NCBI GenBank assembly: GCA_011109175.1
Contig: RDEW01000024.1
Location: forward strand, 663,035 to 727,034
Direction of reading: 5' to 3'
DNA: 64,000 bases
From: Dicyema japonicum
Lineage: Eukaryota; Animalia; Dicyemida
Below the pieces are notes generated by a model that was not told the origin of the DNA, searched no databases, and was given only the letters and a program-made list of their open reading frames with translations. Position numbers and translations under genes: made by a program. Positions 51,002-64,000 of this stretch are shown in pieces. Within the stretch, counting starts at the first letter, position 1, and each line of letters begins with the position of its first letter.

Positions 51002-51745
51002 ATGATCAACATAATTTTCCTTGTTATATTTTTGAATAACTTTAATTCATCCAAAATTCATTTCAAATACGAATCAATCAATTATTCACTTAAAGACGAT
51101 GAATATTATGAAATCCAATGGAATAATTTCATAGAAAAATATAGTTAAATTTATTTTTACTTATTTTAAGATAGATCCTATTCTGGCTTAGAACTACAGG
51201 TTAGAAAGGCTATTTTTACTGAAAACTTAATCTTCATTGACAACCACAATATACTTTTTAATCAAGGAAGATTTTTGTATGAATTGGGAATTAATCAGTT
51301 TGCTGACCTGGTTTAATTACAATATATTTTTGTAGACAAGAAGGGAATTTAGAAAACCAAACAAATTCAACTTTAATTCTTATTCTAATCAAACAAACAC
51401 AGATGAATTATTAGAAGATTATACTGTGTATGCAAATAAAACAAGATATCCCAAATCATTTAGTTGGGTAAAACGAAACTGTGTAACTGATATAAAAATG
51501 CAAGGAGGTTTTTGTGGGTCTTGCTATGCATTTGCAGCAGTTAACAATTGTTTAACACATTTAGTTGGCTACGTTGGAGTCACATTTTGCAATCAAACAC
51601 AATATTCTTATATCTATGAGTGAACAAAACATGGTAGATTGTGTATATGAACATGGATGCAGTGGTGAATTTCCTGATAATGTTTATGATTACATTACAA
51701 ATAACGGAGGAATTAATTCTGAAAAACGATATCCATATGTGGCTA
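51002..51745 (+). pseudogene. Truncated cathepsin L-like duplicate
   Basis: Highly similar to 40771-41515 with the same introns. After KRYPYVA it is joined directly to LINE sequence equivalent to about 43063, so catalytic His and Asn are missing. Confidence 0.88.
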
Positions 51746-53394
51746 AAAGTTTTTTACCACAGAAAAGAGACTGTTTCATTTTTCAACTATAAAATGGCAA
51801 ACTGGAATGACGATTCAAAATACATCTATCAAGCTCTAGTAAACTTTGACATGATATACAGCCGATTAACTTTATCTCACATTCAGATGTCAGTGAGGGT
51901 TTGAAAAGGATGAATTCTTCCCTCTCATGTGGGCCTGATTCTATCCCTGGTATCTTACTAAAACACCTTGGACCTATAGCGATTAATGCAATCAGTGATT
52001 TTCAACTATTTAATAAACATGAATACAATTCCAACTCTCTGGAAACTGTCCTATATACGCCCGATCCTTAAGCCTAAGGAAATCCTGCATCATTTGGACG
52101 AATCTCTTTACTATGCACTCAAAGTTATTGGAAAAATTGATTCTTAATCTTGTAACCCCGTCCCTTCCTTTTTCGTCCTCACAACATGGATTCAGAAGGG
52201 GTCATTCAACTTCTACCCACCTAACTTCTCTCAACCAATTTATCATTGAAGGCTTTAACACAAATCCTCGTCAACTCAAAACAGTCGTTTGCTCGATCGA
52301 TTTGCAAAAGGCCTTCGGCTCTGTCTCAAGGATTATCCTAACACGGAAATTGTTTGCACTCCCGTCAACCCTAATATAAACTGACAGTGGATTTTATCAA
52401 CCAGACAAAAATATTTCTCACGAAAAAACTGAAAATCTTGGGGATCACCTTCGACACACATATGTCCTTTTCATCTCACGTCGATGATGTCTCTGGAAGC
52501 AGCTCAAGAAAGCTAGGATAATCAAAACTTTTTTCGGTGACATTAAAACCCCTTTCCCAGGTTTGAAATTGTTGCACTAACAATTCAATGACCCATTTGT
52601 TAGCTTGCCTTTACGTCATGGGGGATCAATCTGTCCTGGACGAACAGACTAAAAATCCGGGACATTCAGGCCTTAACAGCTACTATTATTAGTAATCTCG
52701 GGAAACTTGAAAAATTAATACCCTCATCACTTGAAGACCTTATCCTACAAAATAGAAAGGGATTTGCTACCCTGTGCAAGCAGTGCAACTCTCAACAATA
52801 TACAGCCACGACGTGTCTTATGAGAAGGGAATAGATCACCCCCTCCAATTCCTATTTCCAAAATCACCCGCCCACAGAGAAGTTGTATTGGTTCCCAGAA
52901 GGCGCACGAGGAGAAAATGAGAATTCTGATTGAGGCCTTCGAGATCACTTAATTTAGTAATTAAATCAACTATTGGTGTTTTTGGGTTAATAATAATAAA
53001 TTTAAAAAAATAACAAAATGAGCTATCGAAATAAGTCTCGGAGACATCAGTCTCACGTAGATCCTTGGTGACCTTTTGGATCACTGAGCCTATCTAACGG
53101 ACTAGAAGTTCGCTTGTGAGCCAAGGATTCGTGACGTCACAACAGTAAATGACACAAACAAATGATCCTCAAACACTAATTGAGACAACTTTCTTCTCTT
53201 CTGTGCCTCAGTACGTCTGGAAGCATGTCCTGGGTTCGAAACTGAGGCGGCCAAAATTTTCTGGGAGTACGTATCAACACTCGTAGCGTCCTAGTGCTGG
53301 TTCGATCAGAAGCAAATAAATTTATAACCTTAGAAATAAATTAACTACCATCAAATGTCAAAAAAGGATAATTTGGAAAAAAAAGTAAATAAAA

Positions 53395-53466
53395 TGCCCG
53401 AGGTAGGAGTTGAACCAACGACCTTTAGATCTTCAGTCTAACGCTCTTCCGCTGAGCTACTCGGGC
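53395..53466 (-). tRNA. tRNA-Phe: tRNA-Phe (GAA), copy 2
   Basis: Identical 72 nt to 44715-44786. Confidence 0.9.
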
Positions 53467-55256
53467 ATTCTTATCTATATCTTAGTGAATTATCATGTCG
53501 TTCTAGAGGTACTTGTCTCTGCGACTGCGATCGTAGGAATATACTTCAATACAGGCACCTCCACTATTATCTCACCGTTGGAATATCGGTGGAGTGAATA
53601 GGTTTATTGTTAACTCCCGACCTTAGTAATCTTTTACTCGAATTCCAACACGTTCTACATTCAAGGCAAATTGAAAGTCCGAATTGTAATGACATTTATG
53701 ATATTGTTTTCTTATTGTGTTTCTTACTAACTCTTAGCATTCATGAACAAGAGAGGATTGTCACAAGATTGGAAGTTGTCTCACAATTCAAAGTCGTCTG
53801 TGCATAGCATTATGGAATACTTTTATTTCGGGGTCAATATCTGACTAAAGTCTTCTCACTGTTTAAACCTGAGATGACACTTGTAAGCACGTGCTTTGCA
53901 ATCTTNACTGTCCTATATACGCCCAATCCTTAAGCCTAAGGAAATCCTGCATCATTTGGACGAATCTCTTTACTATGCACTCAAGTTATTGGAAAAATTG
54001 ATTCTTAATCTTGTAACCCCGTCCCTTCCTTTTTCGTCCTTACAACATGGATTCAGAAGGGGTCATTAGACTTCTACCCACCTAACTTCTCTCAACCAAT
54101 TTATCATTGAAGGCTTTAACACAAATCCTCGTCACCTCAAAACAGTCGTTTGCTCGATCGATTTACAAAAGGCCTTCGGCTCTGTCTCAAGGATTATCCT
54201 AACCCGGAAATTGTTTGCCTTCCCCGTCAACCCTAATATAAACTGACAGTGGATTTTATCAACCAGACAAAAATATTTTTCACGAAGAAACTGAAATTCT
54301 TGGGGATCATCTTCGACACACATATGTCCTTTTCATTTCAAGCCGACGATGTCTCTGGAAGCAGCTCAAGAAAGCTAGGGATAATCAAAACTTTTTTCGG
54401 TGACATTAAAACCCTTTCCCAGCTTTGAAATTGTTGCACAAACAATTCATTGACCCATCTGTTAGCTATGCCTGTACGTCATGGGGGATCAATCTGTCCT
54501 GGACGAACAGACAAAGAATCCGGGTCATTCAGGCCTTAACAGCCACTACTATTAGTAATCTCGGGAAACTAGAAAAATTAATACCCTCATCACTTGAAGA
54601 CCTTAACCCTACAAAATAGAAAGGGAATTGCTACCCTGTGCAAGCAGTGCAACTCTCAACAATATACAGCCACGACGTGTCTTATGAGAAGGGTATACAT
54701 CACCCCTCTCCATTCCTGTTTCCAAAACCACCCCGCCCACAGAGAAGTTGTGTTGGATCCTAAAAGGCGCACGAGGAGAAAATGAGAATTCTGATTGAGG
54801 TCTTCGAGATCACTTAATTTAGTAATTAATTCAACTATTGGTGTTTTTGGGTTAATTATAATAAATTTAAAAAAATAACAAAATGAGCTATCGAGATAAG
54901 TCTCGGAGACATCAAGTCTCACGTAGATCCTTGGTGACCTTTTGGATCACTGAGCCTATCCAACGGACTAGATAGTTCGCTTGTGAGCCAAGGATTCGTG
55001 ACGTCACAACAGTAAATGAAACAAACAAATGATCCTCAAACAGTAATTGAGACAACTTTCTTCTCTTCTGATCCTCAGTATGTCTGGTAGCGTGACCTGG
55101 GTTCGAGACTGAGGCGACCAAAATTTTCTGGGAGTACGTATCAACACTCGTAGCGTCTAGTCCTGGTTCCGATCAGAAGCAAATAAATATATAACCTTAG
55201 AAATAAATTAACTACTATCAAATGTCAAAAAAGGATAATTTGGAAAAAAAATAAAA

Positions 55257-55328
55257 TGCCCGAGGTAGGAGTTGAACCAACGACCTTTAGATCTTCAGTC
55301 TAACGCTCTTCCGCTGAGCTACTCGGGC
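55257..55328 (-). tRNA. tRNA-Phe: tRNA-Phe (GAA), copy 3
   Basis: Identical 72 nt; lies in a block that starts at the N at 53906, so it may be allelic or an assembly duplicate. Confidence 0.85.
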
Positions 55329-56293
55329 ATTTTTACCTATATCTTAGTGAATTATCATTTCGTTCTAGAGGTACTTGTCTCTGCGACTGCGCTCATAGGA
55401 ATATACTTCAATACAGGCACCTCCACTATTATCTCACTGTTGGAATATCAGTGGAGTGAATAGGTTTATTGTTAACTCCCGACCTTAGTAAACTTTTACT
55501 CGAATTCCAACTCGTTCTACATTCAAGGCAAATTGAAAGTCCGAATTGTAATGAGTTTTAAGATATTGTCTTCTTATTGTGTTTCTTACTAACTCTTCGC
55601 ATTCATGGACTAGAGAGGATTGCCACAAGATTGGAAGTTGTCTCACAATTCAAAGTCGTCGGTGCATAGCATTCATGGAATACTTCTTATTTCGGGGGTC
55701 AATATCCTGACTAAAGTCTTCTCATGTTTAAACCTGAGATGACACTTGTAAGCACGTGCTTTGCAATCTTAAAACTGAGATAGAATAGGACGGACTTTTC
55801 AAAGCGAAATTCGAACTGATTCCGGCTTAGAAAGTTTGTTGACTCAACCCAGTCGAAGGTCTCTTAGATAATTCGCTCCTTTGAATCTATTGGGCTTAAA
55901 GGTCGGTAGCTAGAAGGGTCCTTCTTTGGTATCCATGGTTTAGGAACCATTATGACTATAGAAAACTTCCTGTTCTGCCGGATATATTTGAGTCTTGACT
56001 AACGTCGAAAAGTCTCTTAGGACCTCGATTATAGATCTCTCTTTATGAAGTTAATGACAAAGACAGAACGTTGGTTGTATTTTTTCCAGCACTTATAAAG
56101 ATAAGGGATATGAAAGTCCTATACTGACTCACTTCCAAGACATCATCAGTTCTCTCTCCTTTCAGATTAATATTCAGCTTTTGCGGCATATGATGACTTT
56201 CTATTTCTTCCAAAATAACTGGGTGTTCCACAAAAAGTCATTCGTCTTGGGGAGAATAAAACACTCCAAACACTCCAAAGACTGAAACACTCC

Positions 56294-56617
56294 AAATTTT
56301 ACATCGACCACTATTCGATTCTTTTCAGTAAGCGGTCCGTGGTAACACGCAATGGATCACATCAGGAAGAGTTCTCGTCGACTAAATATCTGGTATAGTA
56401 ATGCATATTAGGGCTAACTCGGAATATTCCGATGGGGTTTTAATCACTAATTTAAGGGCCACTAACGATGAGGCCGTCATAAAGGAACTGCAAATTATCT
56501 ACTTCCGGCTTGGCTCTGAGTTCGAAATTGTAATTTATTATTTTCATTTTAGAGGTATCAGTTAGAAGACGGATCCTATGGGAGTTTGTTTTTCACACAG
56601 GGGACACTCCTAGATGA
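56294..56617 (+). pseudogene. 5'-truncated FABP duplicate
   Basis: Matches about 45635-45957; lacks exon 1 and half of exon 2. Confidence 0.7.
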
Positions 56618-58049
56618 ACAGTCCATTTAATGACTAACTTTCTGTTTTGGCCGTTAATTTTACTATTTTTGATTGCGCTGTTGCTGGGTTTAACTTCCAT
56701 ATTGCTACTTCCTCGTGATTCCGTTCTGCTTTGTTCCTTTCCAATTGCCTACGAGGTGTCATGCCATACATCTGTCTCAGAGACGCCCAGTCTTTCTCTG
56801 TGGCTTTAAAATGATTTCTCTCTTACTTACTTCATTGGAAGGGTTTCAATAATGGGGATATGGATGGTTACATGTGGTTTGGTCAGCAGTCTATAGCTAT
56901 AATGGTATGGAAATCAAGAGAGTGATTGATAAAATCTAGTGATTGTAGATTTTTATGTACTAACTGAGTGATTCAAGACCGACAAAGTGGACGACGAGTC
57001 CGGCGGAGTCGAGAATCTTGTACTGATCTTTTAATCAGGCATGACATCGGCTCAAATTTTTCATGAACTTGGTAGACTGACTGCCTCTAATCTTTTCGTT
57101 GTAATTCAATTAAGAGATTTTTAATATGAGAGATCTTGTGTTTTGGTCCAATGATCCTTATTACACTCTCCTGTACTGCGTATCACCATGTAGAATAAAG
57201 AGTCCTTGGTGGAAGGTGACTCCATGGTGGTTGGTGTATTGTTAATTGGTATCTTGTTTATGTTGAGTAGGATGATTGGTTGATATGAAAGTGTGTGTGA
57301 AAGTGTCGTGAACGGTTTGGAGGGGTACATCCAGCCGTAATCAAGCAAGCCAGGGCGTTAACTGGTATAGAATGTCCTGCTTCAGTGGCTACTTGATAGT
57401 CTTGATGTCGGCAGCAAGGACGATGTCGTTCGCGTAAGATATGAGAAGATAATCTTCTTAAGGTGAGATAGGCAATTATGTACATATTTTTATTTATTTT
57501 TTTAATAACCCCGGGAACACCGAGAAAGAAAGACAAAAGAGTCAAACAGTTAGGTGATCTCATTCCTTGTAATCAATTGTGCTATTCACGTCTTTGATCT
57601 TCTATTGTCCCTACTACTTTCCGGAAGAGCTTTTTCTCGGTCTTGCAGAGGAATCCGATCGGGAAGGGGAATTTCTTATCCAATCGGTTTTCTTTTGCCA
57701 TGGAAATGATCAGGCGAAGTGGGTTTCTATCTTCCTCACAGANGGAATCCGATCGTGAAGAGGAATTTCTTATCCAATCGGATTTCTCTTGCCATGGAAA
57801 GGATCAGGCGAAGCGGGTTTCTATCTTCCTCACAGACGCAAAGAAATTCTGAGCGACGACTACGGATCTTTGCTTCCATGAGTAGTGGGTCGACTGTTGA
57901 TCCATTACGTGGGCAAAGCATACTGATTGTTTCCGGAATATTCAGTTGACTTTATGTACAAATTGAAAATTGAGGTTGTATAGGGACCATTGGGGGACTC
58001 AATAAAATTTTTTTAAATTTTTTTAATTATTTCAACAAATTATTATTTA

Positions 58050-59310
58050 AATATTAAATAAATATTAAACAGCATGTAGTTTACACGTTTTTTTGTATGC
58101 AACGTATTTCTGAGTCTTCTCTGACTAAAGCAACATTAAGTGTTAACGAATTTCCAAGAGAATTTCGATTACATAATAACCATGAATTATTTTGTAAACT
58201 ATGCTTAATGACAGTGAAGCGCTCATAAAAGCACATTGTTAACCTTCACTGGTCGTCCAAGAAAGATAAAATTTCCGTTGGTAAGGATTTTTCGATGATA
58301 TAGATAGATCGTTTGAAAGGATTTAGCCAATAAAAATTAAATGAGTCTGAAGTTAGAAACTGGGATTTGAAGGTGACTAAGGCTCTTCTGAAATGTGACA
58401 TTCTGTCTAACAAATTTTTTATGGGATCAATCAAACCGCTTAAAATTACTTATTTCGTCTCATACAAGCCAATTGAGTCTGCACCTACAAAAATATTAAA
58501 GCACAGATTGTTGATAATCCGAAATATAATGGTTGAACGGGATATTTTATGCTTTTTATTTCTGATGCTGCAAGGCATATGACAGCCGGTATTGTTTTAA
58601 TTCATTTATGATTTAGCCGGGAAAATTTAAAAAAATTTATAATTTTTTTCTTGTCAATTGCCCATATTTTGCATAATTTTTCAATGGAGGTCAGAAAATC
58701 TTATCCAGAAGTAGATGATGTGATAGATAGCGTACAAACTTCTATTAGGAAGAACCAAAAGCGAAAATTGTTGTTTTCCGAAATTGGAATTCCACTTAAG
58801 TCGTATTGATGAGATGAGGTACCTAATTGAAGGCTGCATCTTTTTATTCATAAAAAATTTGAGTTAATTGTGTACTACGGCATTTTAGTAACTTCTACGA
58901 AGAATGCATTGAAAAGTGAAAAAACAAAGCTTATGCGCTATTTCACATAACTATTCACTTATTCCAGGTTTTTGTTTTATAGTCATTTATCACATAAAAA
59001 ATATTAAAATTTGAAAGTAACGGGTGTACAATAGAGTACGCATATTCGACTTTTAGTGCAATAGATTTAGGGAAAGATGAAACAGGGGTCAAATAATATT
59101 TGGAGAATTTTGAAAAGCGACCTGACTAAAATTATTAATGTGGAATGTAAAAATGTCTCTCCTGAAGATTATTCGTTCCTTCTAAATTGTCAGTCATCCT
59201 CGTTATCTGTCGAAAGATGTTTTTTGCAATTCAAGAGTTTTTTGACGACAAACAGAAACTTTTATGCGCGAAATCTGGAAAACTACGAAATGCCCATTTT
59301 CAATAAATAG
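58050..59310 (+). mobile_element. hAT-like transposase pseudogene
   Basis: SDAARHMTAG, AHILHN and SSLSVERCFLQFKSFLTTNRNFYARNLEN (cf. S-x-x-VERSFS..K..L...R..F...NL). Confidence 0.6.
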
Positions 59311-59653
59311 TATTTAGAACAACATTTGTCTTTTATTGTTTCGCTTCTATATTTTACAAGCTTAAATTGAGAATAAATAAAGTTATTTTTTTAATTTTAA
59401 GGTTAAAAATGTTTGCCCTAGTGATATGTTTTCGAATGACGGAGACACCCTTCGTTTAGACTGATACAAGAACAGTCCTCCGATGTGGTTTAGTCGAATT
59501 GAACCTGGAAACTACAAAAACCGTGTTGGAAAAGATATGAGTCTTGAAAATGTTTCTGAGCAAGTCTTTCAAGGATTCTGGAGAGTGAGCAAAAGATTGA
59601 AATAGGACGTTTCATTTCGGTTTGTTAGGGACTGAAGTGATGTATGATTTTTT

Positions 59654-60082
59654 CATATATCAATTTGACGGCCTAAGGACCAGGATGCTTTAACTCTGCA
59701 GTCGCAAAAGAGACAGATCCTTTGGCTCCAGAGTTTCATGTCTTTGAGATTGCTTGGCTGATGTCTTGAGCGGTAAACATGACTCAGCAATTTGAGCGTT
59801 TTGGTTTGATGTCTTTCAGGTCGACTTGGCGATCTTTCGAAAAGTTCTTGTGGGCTATAATATTTCATCAGGNCATATATCAATTTGACGACCTAAGGAC
59901 CAGGATGCTTCAACTTTGTAGTCGCAATAGGGACAGATCCTTTGGCTCCAGAGTTTCATGCCTTTGAGATTGCTTGGCTGGTGTCTCGAGCGGTAAACAT
60001 GACTCAGCAATTTGAGCGTTTTGGTTTGATGTCTTTCAGGTCGACTTGGCTAATAGTTCTTGTGGGCTATAATATTTCATCA
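59654..60082. repeat. About 220-bp tandem duplication split by a single N (59873)
   Basis: CATATATCAATTTGACG.. begins at both 59654 and 59874. Confidence 0.85.
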
Positions 60083-60299
60083 AGCAGTCAGAGTACATGT
60101 AAAGTCCGTTCTGAGCTTTTGCATTAAACTTTGAATAATTATGGATGGAATTCCATATTCTCTAGGTTGAGTGAAGTATTTCAATATTTTTGTCCACCGC
60201 TATGTTCCTTTTGCTTGTATACTTGTCTATTTTTTTTGTTCAGAGCTTAAGTCTTCTTTGTACGAAGATTTCTTATCTAGCCCAGGTGCTTCGTCATTC

Positions 60300-61430
60300 A
60301 AATTTTTACAAGGGCCGGATGGTCTCCCCATTTGAATGAAATTTGCCCTTGTTTCGTGTATAATCGAGGTGAGAGATTCCGTCATTTGATGTACAGAAGA
60401 CGGTAAACAAATTCAGTAGCCCAATACGGAATTCGATGTAGTCATGAAATCCAACTGAGTTTGTACTCTTCGGGTCCAAGGCAGCCTCTTTTCTAAGATC
60501 GTTTGTGTCACTGATTTCGAAGGTGAGTAATGAGCGGCGGGGAACCGAATGGTTGTCCCAAAGGATTTCTCTTGTGAAAGGAAACAGCCATTCCATCCTC
60601 TCAACTAGATTACTTTGTTTGTCTTGGACGTAATCTACTATTTTTGTTTAAAAAAACTTTGTAATTGATTGAAGTTGGGAACCGATTTTGTGACCTCGAT
60701 TCCGTATTAATCTTGTTAATACTTCTCGTGCCAAATTTGACGGTCCACCTGATATATGGGGTCAAGGATGTGTCGCGGGCGATGATGATTTGTCCATAGA
60801 TTCATGGGAGCTCTTGTATGGAGGGCTGGGTTTTTGAGAATACATTGATCCCCAAGGTCCTTAATATATATTTCCTCGCTTATCGTGCGGTTCCCCTTGA
60901 GGCAGAGGGAGTGTATTGCACAATGATCGCCCCAAATGAGTAAGTTCGTGGACAAATTAATTAATGAGATTTGAAGATCGGCCAATGTAGTTGAGCTCTT
61001 AGGAGGGTAGTATGCATTGATCAGTGTGGAAGTCTGGGGGAAGTTTAATTTTGAAGACCATGATCTCGAAATTGCACTGATACATTCCACGATGTCCTCC
61101 TATCGAATCACGTCTCGTATAATAGTCAGAAAACCTCTGCCAAGTTTATCGCGCCTATCTCTGCGAATTACAGTATATCCGGGGAATTTCGGAGCCGTAT
61201 TTCCTGTAGGCAGCTTAGACTCTTGTATTGTGTCTTTTCAATAGAAGACTTGAATCAAGACTCTTGTTGTCGATTCCACTTATGTTCAATTGAATAGGTT
61301 TGACCGTTAAAGAATTTGCCTCAACATCCCCACAAAAGAGTAATAAATCCTTGGTTGTCAAACTTGTTGCCTGGATAAGGAAGGAGCAACACCTTTTTTC
61401 AAACTTCACCACAAGAGAGGTGAGTAAAAA
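60300..61430 (-). mobile_element. LINE 5' region (degenerate 2A-like motif plus APE)
   Basis: LLLFCGDVEANSLTVKPIQLNISG; TLINAYYPP; LLIWGDHCAIHS. Confidence 0.65.
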
Positions 61431-63286
61431 ACTCCCATCACAAGTAACAAAATATATTATTTAAATTATTTAAAATAATAAAAAAATAAAACTAATTAAA
61501 AAACAATATAATCAATAGTATCCCAAGTCCACTTATGGGAGTAACTTAGTTGATTAAGACCCATTGAACTCAAAAGCCTCGCCCACCGAACTATCAGGAA
61601 TGACAGCTTGTTGTTTAGAGCGTGGCCTAATTGCATCATTATCAAGCATGCCACACTTCTGTTCATTAAATCAGGAATAAGCCCCAAAAGCATTTCCTCG
61701 CTCATAAGAGAGGGATCCTATACCTCTTCCAAGGCTATCACGAGGAAGATATAATTTTTGTCATTTTTGGTTTAAGATGTAATACTGAATGAACCAATGG
61801 TTCCCCATAGGCAATCTCTAGTATTTCATCCAGATTCGATAAACCTCTTCAAAAAATATCTCCTATAATTTTAAACATAGATTATGTCTTCGGTTTGAGG
61901 TCACGGCTGGAATCCAAATTTTGTATTTATTCAGTTATTTGTTGATGATAGCGATAAAGTACAAATCAAAGATGAAAGCATATAAAACCAGTAAGGGGCA
62001 CGAGGGCAGTCATCTTGCCTACATTCCCGTTATACTTCATTGCACGTTTGATTCACAGTCTTTCCAATGTCATATAACTACATACAGAACCATCATGAAA
62101 GGTAGAACACGTCCATTCTTTGTAGTTGTGGAAACCCCTCCAGTGGAGGATGGAAAATGATCTTTTATCGTTCCATTCTGACATTGGGAGCCACCTGAGA
62201 CAATTAGATAATATGACGCAGCTCTAGAGTAGATGAAGAGCAGACAAAACCAACAGAAATCATGGAAACATGATAACGTTAGCATTACGCGGCATTTTTA
62301 TTTATTTCTATTATTTTATCTTTTAACCCCAAAACCACAAGGAAAGAATTAACTAGCTAAATTAAGTGATCCCAGACTCCAACATCTCTCAAATTCTCTT
62401 CGAATGCTCCGCCAGTGAACCAACAGCGGAGTTTTCCAAACTAGGTTGTTATTTTTAAAATAAATTTAAATAATTAATTATTAAATTTTATGATATCTGA
62501 TTTTACATTCACTATTTGCCTTTTTTTATTTAAAATTATTTATTTATTTAATAACCTCGAAAAGGGAACACCAAGAAAGAATGAGTAAACCAACTAATTA
62601 AGTGATCCCGGTACGCCTCTACAGGATCGAGAGGTTTTTCCTATGTTCCTTCAGAGTACCCACGGCTTTCTTGAATAGACGACGATCATCTTTCATTAGA
62701 GTTTAAAGAGAGTGGGTTTTTCCCTCAAATTTCGTGTACTTGAGGCCTCTAGCCTTGAATAGTAACTTTGTTATTTGAGACAGAAGATGGTTAGGTGAAA
62801 ATAACGAAACAGATTGATCTTAATTCAACTTGAAACTTTTGAGTATTCGGTAAATATTCTATGATCTCCTCGAATAAATTCTACGAGACTCCCGTCATCC
62901 ATCTCTCAATATAAAATCATTTTTATTTATGTTTTGAAGGTATTTTAAGTTGATCTTTTCAGTTGTATTCTCATTTTTTTATTTCAACAAACTCCCTCAT
63001 ATTAGGATCTCTTTATGGTTAAGGTCATATTCAGATGGTTTGACTTGACTTCTCAACAAATCCATCAGGCATCTCCAAATCTTTTGAAGGTCCCAAGATT
63101 GGGATGGTGATCTTCAGTCCTCCATGGAATCGGGTACCATCGGAGACAAAGAAGTCTTTCACGGCCACGTTAGCTGGAACCTCGATGAGGATTACACTAA
63201 ACTGAAAATTAGAGAAAAAAACTAATAAATAATAATAATAAAATAAGTTTCCACAATAAAATATTAAATAAATAAAATATTATCAA

Positions 63287-64000
63287 ATGCAATTCGGTAC
63301 CGCAGATATTATAGTCTTTCTATCTTTTCCTATTTTGTCCGTTCTCCTCGCCAGTTTTATATGGTATAGAAAGAAAAACATACAAGTTTAATCCAAACTA
63401 ATATTCAGAATAAATTCGAATAATATTTGGTAGGAAGCAGACACATGAATATTATTCCTTGTACGCTATCTTTGATAGCCAACTTTCAGTCGGCCATATT
63501 CATAACCGGCGTCACATTCGAGATTTACAACGAAGGACTTTCCTACTTTTGGCTGGCTGTCGGGTACTTACCAGGAACCCTAATTTCCGGCCTTTTGATA
63601 ATCCCCTATTTAGTCAAGTTCAAGATCTTTAATGGCTACCAAGTAAGTTTGTAGTTACCCCAGATATTCACCATAAAGTACAAATCATCATTTATGAAGG
63701 GACTATGCTGCTTCATTTACGTGATACAGACAGTAACAGTTTTTATAGCATAGACCGCCTACTTGTCCATAGTTCTGTACCTCCCAGCCAAATTGATGAA
63801 TATAAGTTAATTCTTTGTCATTTCAGTAAGCGGATGGCCAATTTGGAGTGTAATTTTGGTAATATCTATTCTCGTGACAATATATACTACGATTGTTACC
63901 ATTTTCAGTATTGGTAGGGTGGGATCAGTGGAGTCGTTTGGACGGATGTCTTGCAGATGGTGTTTATTACAATTGGACTTATCTCCATTTTGGTTCTCAC
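63287..64000 (+). CDS. SLC5 sodium:solute symporter (SMVT/SLC5A8-like), 5' part; in-frame TAA at 63421-63423
   Basis: YLVGSRHMNIIPCTLSLIANFQSA; YLSIVLYLPA; IYTTI|GGISGVVWTDVLQ; five 21-23-nt introns; runs off the window. Confidence 0.85.

Noticed and set aside
62600-63190. Minus-strand gene divergent from SLC5 (FSVILIEVPANVAVKDFF...)
   Set aside because: No clear start codon or family match; left unannotated.
63409-63433. UAA reassigned to an amino acid (variant genetic code)
   Set aside because: TAA terminates synaptophysin, cathepsin L and RPL13A at expected positions, and no other internal TAA occurs in intact genes.

Overview
Eukaryotic, AT-rich genomic DNA, almost certainly from an animal: it contains synaptophysin-, FABP- and SLC5-family genes plus CRE, RTE and Jockey-like LINEs, and pogo, Tc1, hAT and Ginger-like transposons. 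Compact intron-rich genes sit in a matrix of decayed transposons. I reconstructed UTP23, CMTR1, a synaptophysin-family gene, SMNDC1/SPF30, RPL13A (one frameshift), a complete cathepsin L-like gene, an FABP-family gene and the 5' part of an SLC5 symporter (one in-frame stop). There are also three identical tRNA-Phe(GAA) genes, a candidate TIR-like orphan and a small Cys-rich candidate. The most striking property is that every well-supported intron is only 21-29 nt (one optional in-frame candidate is 30 nt). Donors are degenerate, one intron is GC-AG, and some acceptors are GAG or AAG, which points to length-based splice-site choice. This resembles tiny-intron parasites such as dicyemids or myxozoans, but the taxon is inference only. 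About 39-58 kb is a tandem segmental duplication carrying cathepsin L, tRNA-Phe and FABP. Three single-N positions at duplication junctions warn of possible assembly artefacts. All protein identifications are by-eye motif recognition; no searches were run, and transposon boundaries are approximate.
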